Source: a virus. Taken from it: 64,000 nucleotides of DNA. The notes beneath the pieces are model-generated. The model did no database searches. It saw only the letters and a program-made list of their open reading frames with translations, and was not told the DNA's origin. The translations under genes and the position numbers were made by a program. Every line of letters begins with the position of its first letter. Position 1 is the first letter of the stretch. Below are positions 9,081 to 17,985 of the stretch, piece by piece. The stretch lies in the IMG/VR virus record IMGVR_UViG_3300045988_147821, positions 32,001 to 96,000 of that record, one strand, 5' to 3'.

Positions 9081-10843
9081 TCACCTCCAAACATCTTGTT
9101 GATAACTTCCGTGGCCCTGTCCATGATGGGATTGTCACCATACATGGATTTGTATTTTGCAAATGGATCTTCTTCCTCTGCTGCCACATTGGATGATGGT
9201 TGCTCTTCCTCATTCTCCACACCTTCCACTTCACCTCCGTTCATCTGACCTCCCATGGCAGCAGCGTTATCCTTGTTGATTTTATAATTCATCCATACGG
9301 AATTGAGGATTGTGTCCTTTTCAGGATTGAACGGTCTGCCTGAATATGCTTCAAAAGCATCCTCCAATGAGATCATTCCTGCTTCAAGTTTCTTCTTGTC
9401 GATTTCCACTTTCAATGCTTCATCTTCAAGATCAACGCCTGTAAAAGCAAACTCGAATGATTCATCAAGTTCCGATACAAGATATCTTGTTATGATTTCT
9501 TGTAGGAAGGATAACATGGGTTTAAGACCTTTCTCACGTGAATGCTTTAATCTCTGTCGTTGGCCGTCCTGTCCGAACATCTGTGCGGATTCCTTGAACT
9601 GGAATCCTAGTTCTGAGGGGTCTATACGATAGACAGAACATATCAGCACAATAAGGAATTGGTTCCATAAATTGTACTCCATATCCTTGTTGTTTTTGGT
9701 CAAATCAATCCATTCAACCTGTGATTGTGCCAAAACAGGGATTCTTCCTGCGTTTTGAGGTCCTGCCATCATTTGATACCACATTTGCCTAAACTCGTTC
9801 AAAGTGGTTTGGGAAACATTTTCACCCTTGATATTCAACAGACCTTTGGGGAATACGCCATTCTTGAATGAATTACCATTGGATTGTAAGGACCATAAGA
9901 ACCATGTCACAATCTCATTGAGTGTTTCAAGTTCCGAAACCCCGTATCCGTTACGGTAGACATCGGTTGACTTGTTACGCACCCCGAAACCGAGTTCCCA
10001 CGGGTAATAGACGATTGATTCGCCTGTGACGGGATTTTTGAGAATCTGATTATCCCACACCATACAGTAGCGGGGCAAATATCCCTTAAACCGATATTTC
10101 TCGAACTCCTGCCTGTTCCGTGGGTCAACCGCACCAAGGAAACGTACAAGTGACGCGTCCACCGCCTTGAATCTGTCAAGTTCCCACATCCTGTTTCTTG
10201 TGGTTTCAAACGCAAGCTGGTCAAGTGTCAGCGAATCAAACGAAATCTTTCTTATGAAGTCGGGAAGGGTATCATAGTTATCCCATTTGTCGGTGTTGCC
10301 ACCTCGTTCCAGGAACTCCACGATTTTTTCTACCTTCTTCTTGTCTTTCGATGATAAAGACAAATCTCCCGGATCAAACAAACCTCTTTTCTTTCTGATG
10401 GTATAACCTTCCTTCTGCTCGTCATCGGAGAAGTGCAGGAAGTTCTGTATCTGCTCTATACGTGTGTTTACGATGGCCCTTACAAGATAAATTCCACCCA
10501 TTCTACGTAACGTACTGAATGGAAGAATACCTCTTTGAGCAAGATAATCACGTCCACTATCGTTCCATACCTGCGGATCAAAGAAAACGGATTGAAGTTT
10601 TCCATTATCCGAAGTCTTTGAACCAAGATACAGATTTGCTTTCATCACATCTTCCACATCCCTAGACATCATAGAAGATTGTAATTTTGATTGCAAAAGC
10701 ATGGGAACAGTCTTGCTTAATCTGTCCAGTTCATTGAAATCAAGGGAAGCCAAAGACTTCAACAAGTCAGGCTTCCCATTTTTATATGTATTTTTCCGTT
10801 TTCTACTCATTTCTGCAAAAATATTATGCCGAAGCTCCAGCAA
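9077..10843 (-). CDS. portal protein (putative)
   Basis: 588 aa, immediately upstream of the MuF-like gene, with an acidic C-terminus. An alternative start at 10810 (MSRKRKN) avoids overlap with the upstream ORF. Assigned by synteny and size. Confidence 0.6.
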   Translation of the reverse strand: MLELRHNIFAEMSRKRKNTYKNGKPDLLKSLASLDFNELDRLSKTVPMLLQSKLQSSMMSRDVEDVMKANLYLGSKTSDNGKLQSVFFDPQVWNDSGRDYLAQRGILPFSTLRRMGGIYLVRAIVNTRIEQIQNFLHFSDDEQKEGYTIRKKRGLFDPGDLSLSSKDKKKVEKIVEFLERGGNTDKWDNYDTLPDFIRKISFDSLTLDQLAFETTRNRMWELDRFKAVDASLVRFLGAVDPRNRQEFEKYRFKGYLPRYCMVWDNQILKNPVTGESIVYYPWELGFGVRNKSTDVYRNGYGVSELETLNEIVTWFLWSLQSNGNSFKNGVFPKGLLNIKGENVSQTTLNEFRQMWYQMMAGPQNAGRIPVLAQSQVEWIDLTKNNKDMEYNLWNQFLIVLICSVYRIDPSELGFQFKESAQMFGQDGQRQRLKHSREKGLKPMLSFLQEIITRYLVSELDESFEFAFTGVDLEDEALKVEIDKKKLEAGMISLEDAFEAYSGRPFNPEKDTILNSVWMNYKINKDNAAAMGGQMNGGEVEGVENEEEQPSSNVAAEEEDPFAKYKSMYGDNPIMDRATEVINKMFGGE

Positions 10844-12317
10844 GTTGATTAAGTGCCACAGTAGCTTCTTTTCCGCCCTCTGTTGCCGTTACCACCGCCG
10901 AACCTGTACGGACTGCGCCTGTATTTGCGGCTGCAACTACCGAATAATCCGTAGAGCCTTTAGTAAATCCCGTGCCGGAAACAACTGTCGTATAAGTTAC
11001 AACAATAGGTGCACCTGAATCCTTTCCGTTCACTTTCTTCTGCTTATTTGAAGTAACGCCAAACACCTTGGTTTCTCCAGCTGCGGCAAATTGAAGTGAA
11101 GTGGGGTCAACTGTAAGTTCATATTCATAAGTTACAGTGGCTGCGGACTGGGTTAAAGTTATTTCGGCAGTCTTTCCACCTTCACTTGCAGTAATGGTAA
11201 CTTTTCCTGTCCGCTGTGATTCGGTTGTATTTTCAGCCGCAACAACTGTTGTATCATTACTACCTTTCGTAAATCCTGCTCCTGAAACAGTAGTCGTGTA
11301 ACCTACATTAACAGGAGAACCTGAATTTTTACCATTTACCTTCTTCTGCTTTTCGGAAACCACATTAAATGACTTGGATTCACCCTTTGCAACGAAAGCA
11401 ATACTTGTGGGCGTAGGAAGCAAAGAATATTCGTATGTAATGACGGATGCTGCCTGTGTAAGATCCACTGTCACACTCTTACCACCTTCATCCATAGTAA
11501 TGGTTGCAGTTCCCTTTCTCTGCGTATTACCTGGATTTTCAGTCACCTTAATGTTGAATCCATCGGAAATGGCTTCATGGGAGAATCCTGCTCCGGCAAG
11601 TTCTATATCCGTACCTATCTTTGTAGGAGCCCCTGACGGTTTTCCATTTACCACAGTCTGTTTGGTTGAAGTAACGGTCACTTTCTTTGTTTCTCCCGTA
11701 TTCACAAATAAAAGTGTCTTTGGATCTACCACCAAATTGTAAGTATAGGTTACAGTGGATGCAGCTTGCGTAAGGTCAATAGTAATCTTCTTATTGCTCT
11801 CATGCTGTGTTACGGTCAAAACCCCGTTTCTTATGGAATTGGTAGGATTTTCAGGAATTGTCACCGTTCCACCTTCACTTACTGCATAAGGAAGTTGTGT
11901 TTCAAAGTCAACTTCCAACGGTGTTTGTACACCTGTCGGCTTTCCGTTTACATAAAGTTGCTTATAGGAAGTAACAACAGCCTCTATGCTGTCACCTTCC
12001 TTGGGAAACGCCATTGTCTTATCTTGCGGAATAAGAAAATAACGCATCTCTTCAACTATATCAACAAGAATCTGTTCCTTTCCTCCCAACTCTTCTGGAT
12101 AAGCTATAAGTTGCAGTGCATGGTTTGTGGCCCATTGTTTGAATACTCCGATATTATAGGTCAGTCCGGCACGTATCACAACACCCATACCCTCATAATA
12201 TTCCCTGTCACCTATGACATTTTCAGTCACAAAAACATTCATTTGGCTGTCTATGCCATCAGTAATGACCGTTAAACGGTGACTTTCATCTCTATTTATA
12301 AACAACAGCCGTAACAT
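10824..12317 (-). CDS. virion surface / decoration protein with four tandem BACON-like Ig repeats (putative)
   Basis: Repeats of about 95-100 aa with the pattern L.F.a.GE.K.f.V.S.KQ..VNGK.SG.P ... N....R.G..ti....GGK...i.LtQ. The N-terminal about 30 aa are shared with the next two ORFs. Confidence 0.6.
   Translation of the reverse strand: MLRLLFINRDESHRLTVITDGIDSQMNVFVTENVIGDREYYEGMGVVIRAGLTYNIGVFKQWATNHALQLIAYPEELGGKEQILVDIVEEMRYFLIPQDKTMAFPKEGDSIEAVVTSYKQLYVNGKPTGVQTPLEVDFETQLPYAVSEGGTVTIPENPTNSIRNGVLTVTQHESNKKITIDLTQAASTVTYTYNLVVDPKTLLFVNTGETKKVTVTSTKQTVVNGKPSGAPTKIGTDIELAGAGFSHEAISDGFNIKVTENPGNTQRKGTATITMDEGGKSVTVDLTQAASVITYEYSLLPTPTSIAFVAKGESKSFNVVSEKQKKVNGKNSGSPVNVGYTTTVSGAGFTKGSNDTTVVAAENTTESQRTGKVTITASEGGKTAEITLTQSAATVTYEYELTVDPTSLQFAAAGETKVFGVTSNKQKKVNGKDSGAPIVVTYTTVVSGTGFTKGSTDYSVVAAANTGAVRTGSAVVTATEGGKEATVALNQLAGASA
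10827..12020 (-). repeat. in-frame tandem repeats (4 x about 95-100 codons) inside ORF 10824..12317
   Basis: Repeated peptide blocks TVTYTYNLVVDP / VITYEYSLLPTP / TVTYEYELTVDP and ...LTQAAS / LTQSAA / LNQLAG. Confidence 0.8.
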
Positions 12318-12319
12318 AA

Positions 12320-12901
12320 TTAATCTGCTTTAGCGGTGAACTCAAACTTCTGAATGCCGCCCTCTGCCATAATAACCACATTCAAATCCTCTTTGTCTAC
12401 AAGACCCATATCTTCCATTGTCAGAACAACAGGAACACGACTAAGGATATTTGTCACAAGACCTTTGCGATCACCACGGATAACACCCCATCTTCCGGCA
12501 GATTCATTCAGTGTTACGGTATTAGGGAAATAAATTTCAACTTCTTTTTTGATAGGAAGCTGTGTTCTTACGGTGATAACACATTCATCATCCCCATTCC
12601 ATTCCACATTTGCAGATACGATTTCATTCTGTCCTTGCGGATTCAGTTCAAGGATAAGAGCGTTGTTTTCCGCAAATGCAACAAGTTCCTGGTGCATTAC
12701 AGGTTGACCGACAACCCAGTTGAATCCCAATGCCTGCATATTGTCGCTTCCTTCAATTTCATCCGCAGTGGCATCAACATTTCCACGGCTTACAATACCA
12801 CGTATCTCGGTAATGAAAATGCGTTCCTGATCACAACTACCATCGGTAACAACAGTAACGTCAATCTTCTTATCTGTGTCAATAAATCTATATAATCTCA
12901 T
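12320..12901 (-). CDS. hypothetical protein, paralog family N-terminal module
   Basis: MRLYRFIDTDKKIDVTVVTDGSCDQERIFITE shares the h.F.d....hTV.TDG...Q..F.TE module with ORFs 10824..12317 and 12960..13604. Confidence 0.6.
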   Translation of the reverse strand: MRLYRFIDTDKKIDVTVVTDGSCDQERIFITEIRGIVSRGNVDATADEIEGSDNMQALGFNWVVGQPVMHQELVAFAENNALILELNPQGQNEIVSANVEWNGDDECVITVRTQLPIKKEVEIYFPNTVTLNESAGRWGVIRGDRKGLVTNILSRVPVVLTMEDMGLVDKEDLNVVIMAEGGIQKFEFTAKAD

Positions 12902-12959
12902 AATATCAAAGTTTTAATAATCTATCTTTGTTTCAAAAATACGCTTTTCATGCGACAAA

Positions 12960-13604
12960 TCAAAACAGAGGTGACGGATTCACAGGAAGCATTACAACAG
13001 TCATTGTAGCAGACTTGTTATAGGGTTCCGGCAGAACTGCATTTATACCGAAGAATGCCTGTCTGCCTATCGGGTCATTGTCCATAAGACACATGACCGT
13101 CCTGTCGCTATCCTTCACCTTAAAAAACTGTTCATGCACATTCACAGAGTTCCCTGACCAACTGTATGAAGTGGCATACGGTATCTTTATAAGTTCCGAT
13201 TTTCCGCCATCGGGAGTAAACAGAAGGTTGCATGTAATAAATAAGGGATGAATTTCTCCCTTGACTTTCAAATACAGTTTTTTCGGCTCTATGCTTACAT
13301 CAAGGACAGAAGTTCCACGTGAAACTATTGTCTTTTCTTCCTTTCCATCAGCACAAACATTTCTTTCATCCTCTTCCGAATAGGATTCAAGAAGTTCCAT
13401 CTCCATCAGCTTGGCAAGAAGTTCCATCTCTTCCATGCTCACACAGCTACCCTTTTTGGGCCACAACCCTTTTTCATTCACAAGAATGTCCGCACCATCC
13501 CCACTGGGGCTTTCTGTAATGTTGAAAACGGATTGCGTGCCCCATCCGTCAGTAGGAATGGTGACACGTATTCCGTTGTTGTCTGTAAATATCAGCGATT
13601 TCAT
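12960..13604 (-). CDS. hypothetical protein, paralog family N-terminal module
   Basis: MKSLIFTDNNGIRVTIPTDGWGTQSVFNITE carries the same N-terminal module. Confidence 0.6.
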   Translation of the reverse strand: MKSLIFTDNNGIRVTIPTDGWGTQSVFNITESPSGDGADILVNEKGLWPKKGSCVSMEEMELLAKLMEMELLESYSEEDERNVCADGKEEKTIVSRGTSVLDVSIEPKKLYLKVKGEIHPLFITCNLLFTPDGGKSELIKIPYATSYSWSGNSVNVHEQFFKVKDSDRTVMCLMDNDPIGRQAFFGINAVLPEPYNKSATMTVVMLPVNPSPLF

Positions 13605-13627
13605 ATATAGGTTTTAATTTTTGGTTG

Positions 13628-14287
13628 TCAATTCATTATCCCACGTTTCCGGGCTTCCTTTTCAAGTTCAGAACGTCTTAATCCGGAAATATCCTTGTTT
13701 TTCAGGAACACCTTTATCTGTCCGTCACTCATGCGCTTTACGGCAGATATGATACGTTCCTTCAACGTTTTCTTCTGATCACGCCCAGCCGTGTTCAGTT
13801 TAGTCTTTTCAGGACGCTTCTTGTTCTCCGCAACAGGCTTCCACCCGCTTTCCGTTTTTTGATACACACGTCCGTCCGCATATCTCTTTTTGACACCTAC
13901 GGCTTCGGCAACCGATTTTTCCAATGACTGTTTGTCGTTCACGGCAATTCCCACTATGCCACGGAAACGGTTTAAAGGAGTGTCCTTGTACATCTTCACT
14001 GTCATGGATTTATTTACTCCATCCACGGTAGTTTCAACAAATGTACGTTCCTCAACCTGTGTAGGACGGGTGTAATAGAACGATTTCGTAAGATCATCAT
14101 TTACAACCGTCAATTGAGAAAGGGAATCGTACTCCACTTTCGCTGCCGATATTTCAGATAGGGTAAGGTTGCCTGCCGATTTCAATACTTCGGACAGCCA
14201 TCCAAGAACCTTATCGGCTTCAAAAACCTCTATTTCAGAGGATTTAAGGAGTTCATTAAACTCCTGTCTTGTAATGCTAGTTTCCAT
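13628..14287 (-). CDS. hypothetical protein with basic C-terminus
   Basis: 219-aa ORF in a tightly packed operon. No motif recognised. Confidence 0.55.
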   Translation of the reverse strand: METSITRQEFNELLKSSEIEVFEADKVLGWLSEVLKSAGNLTLSEISAAKVEYDSLSQLTVVNDDLTKSFYYTRPTQVEERTFVETTVDGVNKSMTVKMYKDTPLNRFRGIVGIAVNDKQSLEKSVAEAVGVKKRYADGRVYQKTESGWKPVAENKKRPEKTKLNTAGRDQKKTLKERIISAVKRMSDGQIKVFLKNKDISGLRRSELEKEARKRGIMN

Positions 14288-14290
14288 AAA

Positions 14291-14794
14291 TTATTGATTT
14301 TCAGATTGTTTTTTGTTTTCACATGGCCTTTTGGCAAATCCATTCTCATCGAAGTCACTCAAATACTTCCGAATCCATTTCGGAACAAGATTAGGATTTA
14401 TCTTTGCCGCATTTTCCGCTATTGACATCGCTTCCCGAATGATAAGGGATGTGCATACCAATGTATAGAACCATCCGAACCCTTCAACCACCGAACCACG
14501 AACAGTAAATGATGATGCGATGTTCGCCATGATAAGCAATGAAAAATAAACCAATAGTTTCAATCCTATCATGGAGAACCCTTTAGAGGACAGATCTCTT
14601 TTTATGAAATGATATACCCACGAAAGAATAGTGTCTATTACAATCAGAGATACAAGAAACTTTAGATAGGCCCAATCATTAAAGAGAAATTCCTCAAAAA
14701 AATCCGCTATAAAGCTAAGCGGCAATCCCATGATAACCGGGTAATAGAAGGAAAAGACATATTTCCTAAACCGTTTTTTTACAAAATCCTGCAT
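14291..14794 (-). CDS. membrane protein, holin-like (putative)
   Basis: Four predicted hydrophobic helices. IDTILSWVYHFIKRDLSSKGFSMIGLK resembles the D..tg..A......S..g..g..KK pattern of phage holin family 4. Confidence 0.45.
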   Translation of the reverse strand: MQDFVKKRFRKYVFSFYYPVIMGLPLSFIADFFEEFLFNDWAYLKFLVSLIVIDTILSWVYHFIKRDLSSKGFSMIGLKLLVYFSLLIMANIASSFTVRGSVVEGFGWFYTLVCTSLIIREAMSIAENAAKINPNLVPKWIRKYLSDFDENGFAKRPCENKKQSENQ

Positions 14795-14811
14795 GTATTT
14801 TATATTTAATC

Positions 14812-14834
14812 ATCTATCTTGTTCAAAGATAGAT
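14812..14834 (-). promoter_or_regulatory. palindrome containing a TATCTTTG -7 box upstream of the holin-like gene
   Basis: ATCTATCTT-GTTC-AAAGATAGAT. The minus-strand TATCTTTG at 14824..14831 lies 30 nt from the ATG at 14794. Confidence 0.5.
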
Positions 14835-14846
14835 AAAAATCACCTC

Positions 14847-15242
14847 TTATCCATGTGATTGCACATACGCTTGTCTAACTAATTCCCGTGCTTCCTTTGG
14901 TGACAGGACCTTGTACACGGACCTGTTGTATGCTATACCCGTTTTCAGCTTCTCTATCACCCCAAGACGTTCCAGTTTTTTCACCTCTATGGCAACCCTG
15001 CTTCTTACAAGAGAAAATTCCCGTTGTAGTTCCGTATAGGAAACAGTCTTGCAAATGCCGTCCTTGCTGTTTTTCCATAAATGGACGAAAATGGAATAAC
15101 CCCTGTTTCTGACATGAAACCATCGCCACCACTTTCTTTCCTCATCGGGAATAAGGTAGGAGTGAATATCATGGTGTCGGTCCATCAGTGTCGGATTCCC
15201 GAATATGTCATACGCGTCATTAACTGATTTTCGTGTCCTCAT
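14847..15242 (-). CDS. winged-helix DNA-binding protein (putative regulator)
   Basis: C-terminal VAIEVKKLERLGVIEKLKTGIAYNRSVYKV is MarR/wHTH-like. The start was moved to MRTRKS (15242), just after the upstream stop at 15247. Confidence 0.5.
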   Translation of the reverse strand: MRTRKSVNDAYDIFGNPTLMDRHHDIHSYLIPDEERKWWRWFHVRNRGYSIFVHLWKNSKDGICKTVSYTELQREFSLVRSRVAIEVKKLERLGVIEKLKTGIAYNRSVYKVLSPKEARELVRQAYVQSHG

Positions 15243-15246
15243 AATG

Positions 15247-15924
15247 TTATTTTGCAAGATAACAATCCCGAATCTTAAGCGAACATTTTTGTGATGGACG
15301 TTCAGCTTCAATGAACCAAAATGATGATTCAAGATAATCATCATTACACATGTAAACCATTTCCGTTATCGGATCAACGTTAAAATAAATGTCGCTATCA
15401 TCAAAAAACGTTTCTTCATACAATTCAACGGTATATGTTCCTTCCCGTTCGTCCATAGGATATTTATTGCATTCATTCTTCGAGAAAAATGTCAATGGTT
15501 TACTATCTAAAGACTTTATAGTAGAAGCAAAATCACAAAGTTGATTATAAGAGAAATTTGTTTTTCTTTTGCCGTAAGTCAAAAGATATTCAGCGGCAAC
15601 CAATCTAGTTGCCGCTCCAATTGATAAAATATCAACCATTTTAACGTACCTTGTATTTGCTTTAGGAATAAAATAATCCTTTCCATTTTTAGTCAAACAA
15701 GAATAAGTGGATAAGACAAGAAGATCTTGTCCCTGCCGGAGTAATATAGACCTAAATACTTCCTCATCGAATTTAAATGCAACGATTTTATCATTACAAA
15801 TCTTATTTTGCTTAATATCATAAGTATATATCTGGAAGTCACAAGAAAACTTTACTTCATCGTATCTTCCTTTATAAGGTTTTAAAGTGCTGTCCAAAGG
15901 ATAAGCTACAAATACATTAAACAT
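15247..15924 (-). CDS. hypothetical protein
   Basis: 225-aa ORF. No motif recognised. Confidence 0.5.
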   Translation of the reverse strand: MFNVFVAYPLDSTLKPYKGRYDEVKFSCDFQIYTYDIKQNKICNDKIVAFKFDEEVFRSILLRQGQDLLVLSTYSCLTKNGKDYFIPKANTRYVKMVDILSIGAATRLVAAEYLLTYGKRKTNFSYNQLCDFASTIKSLDSKPLTFFSKNECNKYPMDEREGTYTVELYEETFFDDSDIYFNVDPITEMVYMCNDDYLESSFWFIEAERPSQKCSLKIRDCYLAK

Positions 15925-15935
15925 GGCAATAGGAA

Positions 15936-16295
15936 TTATTCGTTTATTATTTCAGTTTTATTATTTTGATTGCGATACTTTTGAGGAAAACGAAAATACT
16001 GTTTACACACCCAAAACAATTCTTTCATGGGAACAATAGGAGAATCAGGACATCTAAATTCATTTTCCATCGGAGCAACAACAATATGATTAAAACACGC
16101 CCTTACAAAAAAGGAATTGTAGGAATAAACATCCTTGTTGCCTTTTGTGTCGACAAAAAGAACTTTTGGCGAATTAAGACACACATCAATGAACATGATT
16201 GCATCATCCTTGCAATTCATTTTACAGATAACGGTAGAGCATAACGGGAACTTCCCTATGTTTTTGCTCTTTTTGGGTAACTTCTTTTGTTTCAT
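15936..16295 (-). CDS. hypothetical protein
   Basis: 119-aa ORF, first gene after the 16.3-17.1 kb non-coding element. Confidence 0.5.
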   Translation of the reverse strand: MKQKKLPKKSKNIGKFPLCSTVICKMNCKDDAIMFIDVCLNSPKVLFVDTKGNKDVYSYNSFFVRACFNHIVVAPMENEFRCPDSPIVPMKELFWVCKQYFRFPQKYRNQNNKTEIINE

Positions 16296-16320
16296 TTATA
16301 CTCAATTAATGTTTGAAAAT

Positions 16321-16384
16321 TCATTATTTCGGTTATTTTCATTTACTACTTCGGTTATTTCATTCATTATTTCGGTTATTTTAT
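16321..16384 (-). promoter_or_regulatory. three direct repeats of AAATAACCGAA(A/G)TA(A/G)T at about 21-22 bp spacing, directly upstream of ORF 15936..16295
   Basis: The plus strand reads tcattatttcggttatttt / catttactacttcggttattt / cattcattatttcggttatttt. Confidence 0.7.
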
Positions 16385-16551
16385 CGTTTTTAGAGCTTAC
16401 AAGCACCTTAAACCCAATTTATGTAATGAAAAAAATGAAAATAATGTAAAAATTTTTCGTTTCGCCCGTATCAAAAACAACTTTATATCTATTCCCTTTT
16501 ATAACAATTGATTGTTGAAATCTATGATATTCCAATATCATTCAAAAACTA

Positions 16552-17060
16552 ATTGTTACATTCCAAGAACCCGGTTGTTGAAAGCACAGACTATATCCCC
16601 ATAGGGGAACTGTATTAATCTATTATAAGTCATTGAAATATAATAGGATACAGTGCCTGTGCTTTCAACTTTAACCGGATAATGGTAAGAACGATAGATA
16701 TAAAGTTGTTTTGTTGTCAACCGAATATTGTTACATTCCTGTCACCCGTATTTTATAGTTGGGATAAGACTGTTTTTGAAAAACCGTGCATCGCTCGCAC
16801 ATCTGAAACCTGCTTATCCTTTCGAGTCTTTGGTCCTGTTTCAAAAGAACCCACCTGGCATCTCGATTTCGCACTACCAACCCTACCGTCAGGTTATCCC
16901 GTGGAGTAAGGTATTTCTCAATCTTATGCGCCACCGTTAAGTCTTATCCGTCCACATAAGAAATAGACTTTCTTTTCCGTGTGCGATTCTATATGACCTC
17001 GATAGGGTAATACACCTCATTTCTGCAATAATATTACCTCGGAATACCACGCTATAAAAA
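16552..17060. ncRNA. candidate large structured RNA or structured DNA element (family unknown)
   Basis: About 500 bp without a credible ORF and visibly richer in G+C than its surroundings. A nested helix pairs 16571-16589 with 16657-16678 and encloses hairpins CCCC-ATA-GGGG (16597-16607) and CTATTATA/TATAATAG (16620-16646). Long-range pairing joins GGATAAGAC (16762-16770) with GTCTTATCC (16941-16949). GGTAATA pairs with TATTACC (17006-17038). Confidence 0.3.
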
Positions 17061-17100
17061 AGAAAGTCTGTAATGAATGCCCCATCATATCATTACAGAC
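17055..17100 (-). terminator. strong hairpin, intrinsic terminator on the minus strand
   Basis: GTCTGTAATGA-13 nt-TCATTACAGAC (17067-17100) is followed on the minus strand by TTTCTTTTTTAT. Confidence 0.6.
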
Positions 17101-17173
17101 AATATAGAAAAGTTCTATCGAACCATCTTTTACTATGTTGTTTGTATTGACTATGGGGCGTCAATTACTGATG

Positions 17174-17234
17174 CAAAGATACAGTGGATTATGTGATATA
17201 GCCAAAAATCAATTGAATTTTTTAGTTATATTTG
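17174..17234. promoter_or_regulatory. divergent promoter pair
   Basis: Minus-strand TATCTTTG at 17174..17181, with CAAA (= TTTG) about 19 nt upstream. Plus-strand TATATTTG at 17227..17234, about 35 nt before the ATG at 17270. Confidence 0.5.
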
Positions 17235-17269
17235 CAATACAGATAGATTTCATTAAAATACATCCTATT

Positions 17270-17755
17270 ATGAAAGTCATATTCAATTCAAAAATCGCAA
17301 AGGTCATTATTCCGTTCCACTCTGCGATACTTCTGTTCTTTTGGTTGCTGTGCAAAAAGAGTGCACAGCATTACAAGCAATCGTTCTTCGCACACGAGCA
17401 TTGTCATTCCCTGCAATGGCAGGAATGTATGTACACAGGCTTCCTGATTTCATTCATAATGTTTATTCTCGGACTGGGATTCGATACCATGATATACGGT
17501 TGCGTAATATCCGTAGTGTTATCCTATATTCTATACGGGTTGAACTATATAGGAAACCTTGTTTATTTGCTCTGTAAGAAAGGATCAAGGGAGATACTGC
17601 ATACTGCATACCGTATGCTGTCATTCGAGCGTGAAGCACGTTATTTTGAGTTTACGGACGGTTCATGGGAACCCGACAGGAACAACATCGCTCCACATTT
17701 GAAAAGAAAACCTTTCGGATGGATAAAATTTATAGGGAGAAGTTTCAGAGATTGA
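17270..17755 (+). CDS. membrane-embedded putative zinc metallopeptidase
   Basis: HEHCH (HExxH) motif between hydrophobic helices. The start was moved to MKVIFNS (17270), downstream of the promoter box. The ORF-track start at 17135 would lie upstream of the promoter. Confidence 0.5.
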   Translation: MKVIFNSKIAKVIIPFHSAILLFFWLLCKKSAQHYKQSFFAHEHCHSLQWQECMYTGFLISFIMFILGLGFDTMIYGCVISVVLSYILYGLNYIGNLVYLLCKKGSREILHTAYRMLSFEREARYFEFTDGSWEPDRNNIAPHLKRKPFGWIKFIGRSFRD

Positions 17756-17766
17756 AATTTAATCCC

Positions 17767-17983
17767 TATATTTGCTCCTGCACTTAAAAATTTGGGTTTT
17801 GTAACATAAGCATTTTAAACACTCTTCTTTTTGAAGAAGTTGAAGGTATTTGATACTCGGTGTGTTGTGAAACAGAACGTCAGCCATTTTTCAGTTAGTT
17901 AAACTTATTAGTTATTAGAGGATCTGGATTGATCGAGAATGGTAAGGGGCTTTCGGTAATTTCCCCCTTACCATTTCTTTTTC
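17767..17983 (+). ncRNA. candidate small RNA unit (promoter box to terminator, no ORF)
   Basis: TATATTTG at 17767..17774, about 160 nt with only one late ATG, then a strong terminator at 17941..17983. Confidence 0.3.
17941..17983 (+). terminator. intrinsic terminator
   Basis: GGTAAGGGG-14 nt-CCCCTTACC followed by ATTTCTTTTTC. Located between convergent genes. Confidence 0.75.
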
Positions 17984-17985
17984 TC

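Noticed and set aside
10827-12020. Diversity-generating retroelement (template/variable repeats) in the repeat-containing surface protein
   Set aside because: The repeats are in-frame tandem domain duplications with divergence at all base types. No reverse transcriptase gene and no non-coding template copy are present in the window.
16682-16940. ORFs 16682..16909(+), 16728..16940(+) and 16731..16934(-) as genes
   Set aside because: These are three mutually overlapping 67-75 aa ORFs on both strands with low-complexity, unconvincing peptides and no promoter or coupling context. The region is better explained as structured non-coding sequence.
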